Origin: a virus
Reading direction: 5' to 3' (one strand)
IMG/VR virus record: IMGVR_UViG_3300020464_000002
Coordinates: 1-64,000 of that record
DNA length: 64,000 nucleotides
Below are positions 28,446 to 37,515 of the stretch, in pieces. A program made the position numbers and the translations under genes. The notes under the pieces were generated by a model. It ran no database searches. It saw only the letters and a list, made by a program, of their open reading frames with translations, and was not told where the DNA came from. The first letter of the stretch is position 1. Each line of letters starts with the position of its first letter.

Positions 28446-29375
28446 TCAGGCTGGCTTGAATAATGCCTCGCCTACATAAGCATCTATAGCCGCTAGATTG
28501 AGATTTTTAGGGCTGGTTATGTTTAGCACGTCTTCCGATAAATCACTTCTTACTACCAGTTGCCTATTGCCGACAAATCGATCAATCTTGTACTTACGTC
28601 CTTTGTCATAGTTTTTATTGCCCTTGGTGCACTCCAATTCAGTGCCAGTAAGCACCGTTTGAAATTCTTTTAATAGGTAAGGATCACTAATATCCTCACT
28701 GATTAGGTAGAAAAAGTAACCGCGACCTGACTTAGTGGCAGCCAAGTCTTTTATTTTTTTACCTTTTTCTTTACCGAACGTCATTACCGTTGGTATGCGT
28801 GTCATTTCGCTAAACTCATAAAGCGACTGCATATCGGTTATACCAGCTTCACGGCAAAATATGCGTAGAAGACGAACACAAAATCTCACGTCATGCGCCG
28901 CACTATGGGCGTTTTGTGCGTGCTGTCTTGCATAGTCATAGTCAAAACGGTACAACAGCGCCGCTAACTTATGATCTGCATCAGGGTAAAGGTGACGTGC
29001 TATTGCTAGCGTGCATATTGACTTGTATTTGCTGGTATCAACGCCTGAATTACGTGCAACTTGCAAATCATAGTCAATGTTATGGCCAATGATATAAGCC
29101 GCGCCGTATGGCATGTGATCTAGTAATACCTTTTCGTGGCTTTCTGCCGCCTCTAAGTCCTCGGGGCATATACCAGTAACCGCCATTGCGCCATAACTGA
29201 TATCACGATCAGGGCGGCAACTCTTGGCGTATGCGTCCGTTGTGGGGTTCAAGATACCCTTATTGCTAAAAGCAATCGAGCAATAACCAATTTGAGTTGC
29301 TTGCGCGTCAGGGCTTGCGTCAGTGGCCTCAAAATCAATAGCCATGGCTGGCAAGTTTGAGTTTGATTGCATCAT
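28446..29375 (-). CDS. DEDDh 3'-5' exonuclease, ExoX-like
   Basis: Exo motifs IDFEATD, IIGHNIDYD and HSAAHDVRF. C-terminal MTFGKEKGKKIKDL...YLL resembles the DUF3820-type tail of ExoX. Confidence 0.65.
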   Translation of the reverse strand: MMQSNSNLPAMAIDFEATDASPDAQATQIGYCSIAFSNKGILNPTTDAYAKSCRPDRDISYGAMAVTGICPEDLEAAESHEKVLLDHMPYGAAYIIGHNIDYDLQVARNSGVDTSKYKSICTLAIARHLYPDADHKLAALLYRFDYDYARQHAQNAHSAAHDVRFCVRLLRIFCREAGITDMQSLYEFSEMTRIPTVMTFGKEKGKKIKDLAATKSGRGYFFYLISEDISDPYLLKEFQTVLTGTELECTKGNKNYDKGRKYKIDRFVGNRQLVVRSDLSEDVLNITSPKNLNLAAIDAYVGEALFKPA

Positions 29376-29390
29376 AAAATTCCTCTCTAT

Positions 29391-29702
29391 TTAGTTGGCA
29401 AGCTGACTGCCAGCGGTTAACTTGATACTACCGCATGAGTCGGTGGCAACGTACTGATTACCCGCGATAGGGTGGCCATTGGTACTGATCGTGATCTCGA
29501 TACTGTCACCATCAATCACTAGGTCTTTTAACGGCACACCCACGACCAATTCCAGCAAGTCTTCTGCGCTCATTGCGCCGAGCGCTTGCGGATCAACGAG
29601 CGTACTTTTAACAGTCTTTCTCGATTTTCTTGCTGACAAAAAGGAAGTCGCCGCAATGATGGTTGCTATGGCTGTGATCAGCGCTAAAAAACTGGTATTC
29701 AT
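29391..29702 (-). CDS. small membrane-anchored protein
   Basis: 103-aa ORF with an N-terminal hydrophobic helix FLALITAIATIIAATSFL. Confidence 0.45.
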   Translation of the reverse strand: MNTSFLALITAIATIIAATSFLSARKSRKTVKSTLVDPQALGAMSAEDLLELVVGVPLKDLVIDGDSIEITISTNGHPIAGNQYVATDSCGSIKLTAGSQLAN

Positions 29703-29754
29703 TATTTAATATCCTTATGCTTAATAAGGCGGCCAAGCGACCGCCTATTTTGGC

Positions 29755-30816
29755 TTACGCCATTTCTTGTTGATTGTTATAGACGTTGTATTGACCACCA
29801 TCATCAGCGATCACCTCTGCATAATCATTCGGATCAACCGATTGTGTGTTTTGCTGCTGAGCATAACTTGCTTGCTCGTCTTTTATCACTTGCGCGTCTA
29901 TTGTTGCCTTTAGTTTGTTTTGATAGTAATCAAAACGACCCGCTGGTATAAGCCTTACGTCAGGTATAGCCTTTTTGATATTGGCAACAGAATTGGGATC
30001 GGTAACGCAAGCAATCATCTTGGTTAAAATATCGACCTGCTCGTCATCGATATATTGAATTTGCGGCTCAGGTTGCGGCTGCTCGCTTGGCTCCTGCTGC
30101 GGGGTTACATCCCGCGCTTGCGTAAAGTCCTCAACCTCGTCTTTAGTGTAAATCCCCATCATGACTTCGGGCGCGTAAAGCCGACCAAAAAAAGCGGCGG
30201 CGCGATACTTCGCCATTTGCTCAGGCATAGTTGGCCATTTGCTGCCCCGCTTAAAGTACCAACCCTCTTTGATAGCTAGCTCCAAGGTAATAGGTGACGA
30301 CTCAACCCTATTACCAGTCTCCTTGTCGATCGCCCACGCCACGCAAGAGAAATCGTTAACATTGGTCGTTTTGGTAAAATATTTCTTGTTTCTGCCATAG
30401 CCGCTAGTCTCTTGGTATTCGATATTGCGATTGCCAAGATCGGTAAATTCAAAATTTAACGTGCCAAACCGAACGCAAGAGTTAATACCCGCAATGATGA
30501 ATGTCGAAGACCAAGCGGGTCGCCCCTCTATGAGATAAAGGTTTTGCATAATCATTAGGGGATCTGCGCCCATGCGATTAGACATATTGAGTGCGACCAA
30601 GCAGTTAGCGACCGCGTTGGGGTTGTTTATGTGTTCCTCTCTATAAGTGTCACCCCAGCCTGATTTTTTCACTATCACAGCGCGGTATGCTTCGGGGACG
30701 ATGTTAGAATTGGCTAGCATGTGGGCGGCCTTAACCACCTCGTTGAAGTTGCTAAAATTAAAAAGCCCAGTGCCAGCGGCTTGCGTTTGGTTGTTGGTTG
30801 TCGTTAACTCACTCAT
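29755..30816 (-). CDS. recT: RecT-family single-strand annealing recombinase
   Basis: Pattern LIEGRPAWSS, WPTMPEQMAKYRAAAFFGRLYAPEVMMG, typical of RecT/Bet-like proteins. Confidence 0.6.
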   Translation of the reverse strand: MSELTTTNNQTQAAGTGLFNFSNFNEVVKAAHMLANSNIVPEAYRAVIVKKSGWGDTYREEHINNPNAVANCLVALNMSNRMGADPLMIMQNLYLIEGRPAWSSTFIIAGINSCVRFGTLNFEFTDLGNRNIEYQETSGYGRNKKYFTKTTNVNDFSCVAWAIDKETGNRVESSPITLELAIKEGWYFKRGSKWPTMPEQMAKYRAAAFFGRLYAPEVMMGIYTKDEVEDFTQARDVTPQQEPSEQPQPEPQIQYIDDEQVDILTKMIACVTDPNSVANIKKAIPDVRLIPAGRFDYYQNKLKATIDAQVIKDEQASYAQQQNTQSVDPNDYAEVIADDGGQYNVYNNQQEMA

Positions 30817-30817
30817 T

Positions 30818-31309
30818 TTATTTATACCCCGCTATCTCACCGTTAAATATCTTGTCCAACTGATCGTCAGTTGGATTAATAAAGATCGTCGCTGGCTGGC
30901 TGTTGCGTTGCCCTTGTGCCAGCCTGATTAGATAGCCTTTATCGACCCCCTTTTTTGCTCGGGCTGGCTTGTCTGCCATGGCTTCAAAATGAGACTTAAT
31001 AGAAGACACGCGTTTTTGCATGACAATAGGGTCAGTTTCACGAATAAATTTAAACGTATCACCCTTGGCGCTTATCAATGATTGAAACTTAGCGGCAATA
31101 GCTTTTTTGTAGCTTGGCTTTAAATGTACTCGCAACCACATACAGTTAACAAACTTAAGGGCGCTATCACCGACATTGCCGTCTTGATCAGCTACGCACG
31201 CATACATAGATGGGTTGCAATTTTTATCGTAAATCATGACTTGACCAGCAAAGCTACCGTCAAAATAACGGCGCACCGTGGTCGTGTTTATCATTGCGCG
31301 TACTTTCAC
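30818..31309 (-). CDS. hypothetical protein
   Basis: 163-aa ORF tightly packed in the leftward operon. Confidence 0.45.
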   Translation of the reverse strand: MKVRAMINTTTVRRYFDGSFAGQVMIYDKNCNPSMYACVADQDGNVGDSALKFVNCMWLRVHLKPSYKKAIAAKFQSLISAKGDTFKFIRETDPIVMQKRVSSIKSHFEAMADKPARAKKGVDKGYLIRLAQGQRNSQPATIFINPTDDQLDKIFNGEIAGYK

Positions 31310-31680
31310 TTGTCACCCCCTAGGCCTAATAGGTAGTCAATTCTTTCATGTGCTTGTTGCATTGCACGCTTAGCCTTTTCAACGCCAAGCGTTAAACGAT
31401 CCAAGTCTAATTCTTCTAACTTTTGCTCCAAGCTGGCAACCTCACCTTCTAAATCCTCTATCTCGGATAGCAAGTCTTCTCTGCTTTTGTCGTCTATTCT
31501 TTTTAAGTCATCAGCACTAAAAAATAAGCCTTTGTTGTTGCCGCTTCGGTAAATAATCCCCAGCTTATCCACTTGATAGGCTAGCTGATAAGCTAGCGTG
31601 TCATCAGGGTTATCAAGTAGTGCATCAACCAACTCAGCATCATTCATTATGCTAATAGGGCGCAGTAATAGATCACTCAT
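31306..31680 (-). CDS. acidic coiled-coil protein
   Basis: 124-aa ORF with an E/D/L-rich heptad-like segment. Overlaps its neighbours by 4 nt. Confidence 0.45.
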   Translation of the reverse strand: MSDLLLRPISIMNDAELVDALLDNPDDTLAYQLAYQVDKLGIIYRSGNNKGLFFSADDLKRIDDKSREDLLSEIEDLEGEVASLEQKLEELDLDRLTLGVEKAKRAMQQAHERIDYLLGLGGDK

Positions 31681-32180
31681 TGAACACCCCCAGTAGAAGC
31701 GTATCGCTTCATTTCTGCCAGCTTTTCGTTAGCGTACTGATTTTGCTTTCTAAACTCGATGAGAGCGGGGCTTTCAAGATCGGTTCGAGCATTTATGGTT
31801 GATGTGGCTATGTCTTTTTCAGCTTGGCTCATCACATAGCTATTGCACCCAGTCACATTGCCAACCGTTGCGATGATCGCGCCAACGGTCAAACCAACGG
31901 CAACGTGCCGAATATATGATTTAAACTGGCTTGCCTTGGCTGGCGTGTCAGTATCGATAAACTGATCATCGGTATCACCTGCCAGCAACTTAGCTGGCGA
32001 ATAACCCATTTCACGTAAACCATCCCAGCCTATATAGCGGATATACGATCCAGTTTCGGCATCGGTTATGTCTGCATACTGGTCTTCCAAGTGAATGTTT
32101 AAGCGCTCATTGCGTCCAAACTTATAAACAGCTGGCGTGTAGCGCTCAGCTTTATTGATTAGCGTTAGAATCTGTGTCAT
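31677..32180 (-). CDS. hypothetical single-pass membrane protein
   Basis: 167-aa ORF with the hydrophobic segment VAVGLTVGAIIATVGNV. Confidence 0.45.
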   Translation of the reverse strand: MTQILTLINKAERYTPAVYKFGRNERLNIHLEDQYADITDAETGSYIRYIGWDGLREMGYSPAKLLAGDTDDQFIDTDTPAKASQFKSYIRHVAVGLTVGAIIATVGNVTGCNSYVMSQAEKDIATSTINARTDLESPALIEFRKQNQYANEKLAEMKRYASTGGVQ

Positions 32181-32253
32181 AATATTTTTTCCGTTGAAAG
32201 TGTTTGACCCCTTTTTTGATTCCAGTCAAAAAAGGGTTTTTTATTGTCTAAAT

Positions 32254-32550
32254 TTAGCTGTGGTGATCGATACACGCTTGCTTAGTATCAAAAACCAACT
32301 CAGCCCCTTTTAACCCCAAGTCATCATTCATTCGCGCTGCGTGCCTGACAAAAGCGTTTTCATGGCCTTTCATCAGCATGTGACCAGCACATTGCTTGCG
32401 ATCTCTTAATGTACCGCCAGTTGTTTTGTGACAGATAAATGAATCAGCGTTTAAAATCTCAGTCATGCGATCTTCACCAAGCCAGCCTTCTAGCGTGTCT
32501 TTTCTAAAAGGACAGTCTTTACAGGGTGTTTTAACTCTAGGTATTTTCAC
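32254..32550 (-). CDS. Cys-rich small protein (DUF6283-like?)
   Basis: 98-aa ORF with a CKDCPFRKD motif and further Cys/His residues. Confidence 0.4.
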   Translation of the reverse strand: MKIPRVKTPCKDCPFRKDTLEGWLGEDRMTEILNADSFICHKTTGGTLRDRKQCAGHMLMKGHENAFVRHAARMNDDLGLKGAELVFDTKQACIDHHS

Positions 32551-32939
32551 TTTTCACCCTCGTTCATTTGCTTTTCGGCCATTGCCGCCATGTCTTTATC
32601 AGATAAAGACTTGCCTTGTTTTTTTGGCTCATTGACTGGCGGGTTAGCTGGTTGCTTGCTAATTTGCTCGCAAAAGTCCATTGCAAGATCAAGCACCATT
32701 TCTGCTATGTCTACCTTAAAGACACCTGACTGCCCCTTTTTCTTATCCGTAACCTGAATGATCAGCCCTAGACCTTCACCCTCAACAGGCATTTCCTTGC
32801 TTACTTCAACTTCTACATGATCTGCTTTGGCTGAAAAAAAACCTTGAGCTAAAAGAAAACCAGTATCAGGCTTGATCGCTTCAACCGTTGTGGTTAAAAC
32901 AGCTATATCGTTTTTAACAGTTACTTTTTTACCAAACAT
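32547..32939 (-). CDS. hypothetical protein, first gene of the leftward early operon
   Basis: 130-aa ORF. The SD region CTTTCAACGGAGAAAAT is shared with gene 31677-32180. Confidence 0.45.
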   Translation of the reverse strand: MFGKKVTVKNDIAVLTTTVEAIKPDTGFLLAQGFFSAKADHVEVEVSKEMPVEGEGLGLIIQVTDKKKGQSGVFKVDIAEMVLDLAMDFCEQISKQPANPPVNEPKKQGKSLSDKDMAAMAEKQMNEGEK

Positions 32940-33048
32940 AAATTTTCTCCGTTGAAAGCCAAAATGGTTTTTTTTGACTTTGTTGTTGCGATTGCAAAAG
33001 AGTTGTTTTTTTAAATAATTTCGGCTGATTCGTCACCATCCGATAGTG

Positions 33049-33106
33049 ATAAGTTTACTAAACGAAACCAAACAAAGCAAGTATAAGTTGCCAAAAAGAA
33101 ACTTAT
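33049..33106. promoter_or_regulatory. candidate left operator region (OL)
   Basis: The 8-mer AAACTTAT or its complement ATAAGTTT occurs at 33049-33056 (-), 33083-33089 (-, 7/8) and 33099-33106 (+). The same 8-mer recurs in the cI-cro intergenic region. Confidence 0.35.
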
Positions 33107-33120
33107 TTTGATCAGGCAAT

Positions 33121-33143
33121 AAAAAACCCGCACAACGGCGGGC
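33121..33143 (-). terminator. terminator after the repressor gene
   Basis: On the - strand: GCCCGC cgttgt GCGGG followed by T6. Confidence 0.5.
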
Positions 33144-33170
33144 TTTACAGCGGTTTACTTTTTTAAATTA

Positions 33171-33869
33171 TTACCATCTTTCCATGTTTGACCATTCCCA
33201 CACCCAGCCTAGTATCTCTATATCATCCATTTGCTCAGGGGGGACTATTTCATCTTCGTACTCAGGATTATGGCTTCTTATAAGCAATCCGCCATCAGGT
33301 CGCCAGTATAAATACTTGGTACGCCTCATAACCCCATGTCTGAAACAATATATCTTACCGTCTTTGATCTCTTTTTTGCTAGCATCTGCGGTGCATCTAG
33401 CGCCGTCCGATATTCGATCGGACATACTGTCACCATCGTTTATATAGCTAAAAGATTGTGTGATGCTTGCACCTGCTTTACGAGCAGATCTTTTGCTCAT
33501 GCGTATTTTTTTATCAGTCATTTCTTGTATTTCGCCCTCTTTGTTACCCGCTGTAACTAATACTTTATCGTAGTGACTGATTTCAAATTCGTCGTCATCT
33601 AATGGGGTGCTGTCATCCCAGCCTAAGACCTCAGAAGTATCATCGCTTGTAGAAGTTTCTTTTTCTTTTTCTATACCAGTCAGCAACCATTCTGAGTCTA
33701 CATCTAAAAATTTAGCAAGTGCTATTAAGTAACTTCCTTTGGGCGTGTTTGTGCCTGACAGCCATTTAGATACCGTGCCCTTGCTGGCTCCCGTAACCCT
33801 AACAATATCCGCTTGCTTGCTATCGCTTGCTGCCAATCTACTTTGAATCCTATCTGCTACCGTCTGCAT
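33171..33869 (-). CDS. cI: CI-like repressor (XRE HTH plus S24 LexA-type autopeptidase)
   Basis: N-terminal HTH QADIVRVTGASKGTVSKWLSG. C-terminal GDSM serine motif and a downstream Lys region. Divergent from the cro-like gene. Confidence 0.8.
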   Translation of the reverse strand: MQTVADRIQSRLAASDSKQADIVRVTGASKGTVSKWLSGTNTPKGSYLIALAKFLDVDSEWLLTGIEKEKETSTSDDTSEVLGWDDSTPLDDDEFEISHYDKVLVTAGNKEGEIQEMTDKKIRMSKRSARKAGASITQSFSYINDGDSMSDRISDGARCTADASKKEIKDGKIYCFRHGVMRRTKYLYWRPDGGLLIRSHNPEYEDEIVPPEQMDDIEILGWVWEWSNMERW

Positions 33870-33916
33870 AATCAGCCCTCCAGCCTATTTATAGTTTCTT
33901 AGAGTAGACCAGACTG

Positions 33917-33984
33917 TTGATTTTTGGCTAAACTTATGGTTTACTATCGGAAACTTTATGTTTATTTAAGGAAACGTTATGGAC
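33917..33984. promoter_or_regulatory. cI-cro switch region with three phased operator-like sites
   Basis: AAACTTATGGTTT 33930-33942, AAACTTTATGTTT 33951-33963 and AAACGTTATGGAC 33972-33984, spaced 21 bp apart. Possible PR is TTGATT (33917-33922), 17 nt, TTTACT. Confidence 0.45.
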
Positions 33985-34308
33985 ATAGACTCGATCCATA
34001 AGTATTGCGGCACAAAAGCTGATGTAGACCTCAAACCTTTCTTGGGTGTGAGTAAGTCAACTATAAGTAAATGGCGTGCCAATGGCATACCCGCTGAGCG
34101 TCAAGCCATATTTGAATTGCTGTCTAATGGTGCGCTTAAAGCTGATCTAAACGAATTTAAGTTAGAACAGCTACAGACCAAAAGTGGCGTACCTATTGAG
34201 CGTCAAGCCATATTTCAAGCGCTATCTAATAGCGCTACGAAAGCCGATCTAGCGAGTTTTAAGTTAGGACAACCTCGATCAAAAAATGTTTCATCTAAGC
34301 GTCTGTAA
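33979..34308 (+). CDS. Cro/YdaS-like HTH protein with an internal 34-aa tandem duplication
   Basis: LGVSKSTISKWRANGIP HTH. GIPAERQAIFELLSNGALKADLNEFKLEQ is repeated as GVPIERQAIFQALSNSATKADLASFKLGQ. Confidence 0.55.
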   Translation: MDIDSIHKYCGTKADVDLKPFLGVSKSTISKWRANGIPAERQAIFELLSNGALKADLNEFKLEQLQTKSGVPIERQAIFQALSNSATKADLASFKLGQPRSKNVSSKRL

Positions 34309-34347
34309 TAAATATTACAACAAACTATCATCAAAAAGAACGTACAA

Positions 34348-34875
34348 ATGCAAGGAAAAAATACGATGCGCAATCCAATGGATATTATTGATGCGGCATA
34401 CAAAACTGTGCACGAATACCCACACGGCGGCAGCGCTGCATTAGCAGCACGCATGGGGTTTAAGTCAGTAGCACTGCTTAATAACAAAGTAAACAAAACC
34501 GCACCCGCGCACCACCTCCGCTTAGATGAGGCGGTAAGCATTATGGAATTAACAGGCGATCATGCCATTGTGCACGCGATCGCTTACCGTTTGGGTGGGG
34601 TGTATTGCGAGATCAATACTGTGGAAACGCAGAAAGAAGATTTGATTATGACGGCGCTGTCTGCATCTGCCAGCTCAGGCGATGTTATCCAAGAGCTTCA
34701 CCACGCGCTTGAAGATGGACAAATAAGTTGCGACCAGCGCATTACGCTACTTGCCAAGATCCAAGACGCGCAAACCGTACTACAGTCATTGGCTCAGAGT
34801 GTCAAAGATAAGCACGCTATAGACAACCCCCATGTGGTTGCGTATCAGCAAGCAAATAGCAAAGCACTGGGCTAA
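34348..34875 (+). CDS. cII: CII-like regulatory protein (Phage_CP76-like)
   Basis: AAYKTVHEYPHGGSAALAARMGFKSVALLNNKVN...HHLRLDEA matches my memory of the CII/CP76 family. Sits after cro. Confidence 0.55.
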   Translation: MQGKNTMRNPMDIIDAAYKTVHEYPHGGSAALAARMGFKSVALLNNKVNKTAPAHHLRLDEAVSIMELTGDHAIVHAIAYRLGGVYCEINTVETQKEDLIMTALSASASSGDVIQELHHALEDGQISCDQRITLLAKIQDAQTVLQSLAQSVKDKHAIDNPHVVAYQQANSKALG

Positions 34876-34903
34876 AAATCACCATTTTAACGGACAAAAA
34901 ACT

Positions 34904-35764
34904 ATGAGTATCGCAACCAAAAAAGCAACCATTATTAAAGAAGATAACAAGCCTTATTCCTCGTTCAACGCGTATCAGCGACCCAAGCGCAAGCACACCA
35001 GCTACCACAAGCCTAAAAACGTCAGAGTTATAAATCTCGACCCTACCGATGATCCCGATCAGGTATGTGAGGCGTATCGCCAAATCAGAATAAAAGAGCA
35101 ATACAAACGCATTGCTAAAAATGAAGCGCGTTTTGCTGAAAAGCGCCGCCTTGCTGAGATAGCAGCTGAAAAAGCTGCCGCTAAAGAAGCAAAAAGGGAA
35201 GAAAAAAGAAGAATGGGGGCTGCTATGGCAGTTAAGAAGCGTAGAGAGTCGAGCAAGTCTGTAGCAGCAAGACAGCGCCAAGCGCTTATCTCAAAAATAT
35301 TAAAAGCTGGCAAGCCCATAAGTTTAAAAGCCAGTGAGATCATAAGCGGCGACCAAAAAAGCACCGTCAAGGATTTTAATATTAAAAAGGAAGTGGAAAA
35401 ACTAAGAGTCCATGGCCACGACATTGTATCGATAGTCTCAGCTGGCAGACAGTGCAACAGAGCTATATCTATTTCTTTATTTGTGATTGATGACTTTGAG
35501 CGACCGACCGAGCGCATAAACGAGATCTACGCAGCCAGCCAAGCCGATGCTAATAAAGTGATTATTGAGGCTTTACAAAAAGGTTTTGTTTTAACCGCTG
35601 ATGACGTAAGAGCGTCCGCATCAGCAGTTAGAAACGCGATCTATCAGCTTAGGCTTGAGGGCTGGCCGATTTGTACCATCAAGAATCGCGCTACTGATGA
35701 TCAGACGCGTGGCTGGATACTGCCTTGTGAGGCAAACGGCTTGCAAGCGTTTGTGGCCGAATGA
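34904..35764 (+). CDS. basic K/R-rich hypothetical protein
   Basis: In-frame ATG 34904 lies after the upstream stop. The track ORF starts at 34832. Confidence 0.45.
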   Translation: MSIATKKATIIKEDNKPYSSFNAYQRPKRKHTSYHKPKNVRVINLDPTDDPDQVCEAYRQIRIKEQYKRIAKNEARFAEKRRLAEIAAEKAAAKEAKREEKRRMGAAMAVKKRRESSKSVAARQRQALISKILKAGKPISLKASEIISGDQKSTVKDFNIKKEVEKLRVHGHDIVSIVSAGRQCNRAISISLFVIDDFERPTERINEIYAASQADANKVIIEALQKGFVLTADDVRASASAVRNAIYQLRLEGWPICTIKNRATDDQTRGWILPCEANGLQAFVAE

Positions 35765-35842
35765 CAGGCAGTAAAAAGCCAGCGTGGGGCGCTGGCTAGT
35801 ATTAAACAACTCGAAAGAAGTTAACAAATAGGATTATATCAC

Positions 35843-36505
35843 ATGCAACAGCTTATGCAACAAAACACAGATAGCATGATGAGCAGCCGAGAGATTGCGC
35901 AATTATGCGGAAAAAATCACTCTCATGTCTTGCGAGATATTAGAGAAATGATTAAGCAAATAGGTAATCCAAGTTTGGATTATAAACAATATCAAACACT
36001 TAGCGATGATATTGGCCGTACCGCATCAATCAATTTAAACAAAGATCTAACCATGACTTTGATCACAGGCTATCGCGCCGACATACGTTATCAGGTGATC
36101 AAACGCTGGCAAGAGTTGGAGCAGTCAGCCGCCGCACCAGTTATGCCAGCGATACCGCAAACATTTTCAGAAGCCTTGCTACTTGCTGGATCACTACAGC
36201 AAAAAATAGAGCAAGACGCGCCCAAAGTTGCTCACTACGACAGTATCGTTGACCGCCATACGCTGCTAACCGCCACACAGGTTGGCCAAAAGGTAGGCGT
36301 GTCAGCTACAAAGCTAAATATCTTTTTGGACACGCTAAATGTTTATAACAAAACCGTTAAGCGTAGCAGAGTGTTTAACACTTGGTTTATATCAAAAGGG
36401 CTTGGTCAGTTAAAGCAGGTCAAAAAGGGCTACGATCAGCCGCTATTCACGCTAAAGGGTGAGGCATGGGTAGTGAGTCAGTATAAGAAAGCGGAGGTGG
36501 CTTAA
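35843..36505 (+). CDS. Rha-family regulator with KilAC/ANT antirepressor-type C-terminal domain
   Basis: SSREIAQLCGKNHSHVLRDIREM (Rha motif). C-terminal DAPKVAHYDSIV...TATQVGQKVGVSATKLN. Confidence 0.65.
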   Translation: MQQLMQQNTDSMMSSREIAQLCGKNHSHVLRDIREMIKQIGNPSLDYKQYQTLSDDIGRTASINLNKDLTMTLITGYRADIRYQVIKRWQELEQSAAAPVMPAIPQTFSEALLLAGSLQQKIEQDAPKVAHYDSIVDRHTLLTATQVGQKVGVSATKLNIFLDTLNVYNKTVKRSRVFNTWFISKGLGQLKQVKKGYDQPLFTLKGEAWVVSQYKKAEVA

Positions 36506-37515
36506 TGAGATATCACGGCCGCATTAACTATGTTAAGTGCTACGAATGGGGTCTAAGCATGGCTCAAGGGGCGTTGTTTGATCTCTTGAATGAGTCAAGC
36601 TCATGGGCGAAAACACACATTATCGGTGACGAGGTTTACTACTGGGTGTCGCGTAACAAGGTGATAGATGAATTACCGGTAGCTTATACCAAGTCGGACA
36701 CTGTTTACAGACACTTAAAGCTACTGGCTAAAAAGGGCTTGATCTTTTATCGCAAAGAGGGTGTTAAAGATTTGGTGATGTTAACCGAAAAGGGCAAGAC
36801 GTGGAACGCTAAAATCAACTCGGATTCAAATCCGAATAGCAACAAAACCTCGGATTCAGATCCGAATAGCTCGGATTCAAATCCGAATAAACTCGGAAAT
36901 AAATCCGAAAATACAGGCAAAAACTCGGATTCAGATCCGACAGATAAGGATACCAGTCTTAATAAGAATACCAATGATAAGAATACTAATGATAAGGGTG
37001 CTGATAAACCTACAAAGAGTAGAAAGAAAAAGTTAACTGAATATCCTGATGACTTTAAACCTACCGACAAGCAAATAGAAAAAATGAATAAGTATGGGAT
37101 CGACATACCTTTATTTTTAGAAACATTTAAAAGCGGAACAAAGGCTAAGGATATTCAGTATAAGTGCTGGACTAGCGCACTTACTACTTGGATAAACAAC
37201 GAGATCAAATTTAATAAGCTCGTTCCAGTATCGGAAAAGCGATTTAGCATTGACGATGAGGATTGGAGTAATCCAAACGCGCCAGCTAGATACCAGCAGC
37301 CTGATACATACCATCCTAGCCACCAATTAGATAAGCCGATGATTGATACTAGGCCAAACCCGCTAGTTGCAGATGACTGGCACTGGAAAGAGCCACTGCC
37401 AAACATGAGCGTTCCTGAGACTTACAAGTATCTCAAGGCCAATCGCAAGGCTGGCGAGACTGAGAAAAAGGCTTATGACCGTTTATACGCTGAAATGCAA
37501 GGTGGGGCATCATGA
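36505..37515 (+). CDS. replication initiator (winged-helix N-terminus) containing the origin iterons
   Basis: N-terminal wHTH-like region. The central SDSNPNS low-complexity segment is encoded by the iterons, an arrangement like lambda O. Confidence 0.45.
   Translation: MRYHGRINYVKCYEWGLSMAQGALFDLLNESSSWAKTHIIGDEVYYWVSRNKVIDELPVAYTKSDTVYRHLKLLAKKGLIFYRKEGVKDLVMLTEKGKTWNAKINSDSNPNSNKTSDSDPNSSDSNPNKLGNKSENTGKNSDSDPTDKDTSLNKNTNDKNTNDKGADKPTKSRKKKLTEYPDDFKPTDKQIEKMNKYGIDIPLFLETFKSGTKAKDIQYKCWTSALTTWINNEIKFNKLVPVSEKRFSIDDEDWSNPNAPARYQQPDTYHPSHQLDKPMIDTRPNPLVADDWHWKEPLPNMSVPETYKYLKANRKAGETEKKAYDRLYAEMQGGAS
36820..36940 (+). repeat. origin iterons: five copies of palindromic TCGGATTCA(A/G)ATCCGA
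   Basis: Copies at 36820-36835, 36850-36865, 36871-36886, 36893-36908 (degenerate) and 36925-36940. An AT-rich repeat (AATAAGAATACCAATGATAAGAATACTAATGATAAG) follows. Confidence 0.6.

Noticed and set aside
36820-36886. tRNA-like GGATTCAAATCC (T-arm look-alike)
   Set aside because: It is repeated five times inside a coding region with no acceptor or anticodon arms around it. These are replication iterons.
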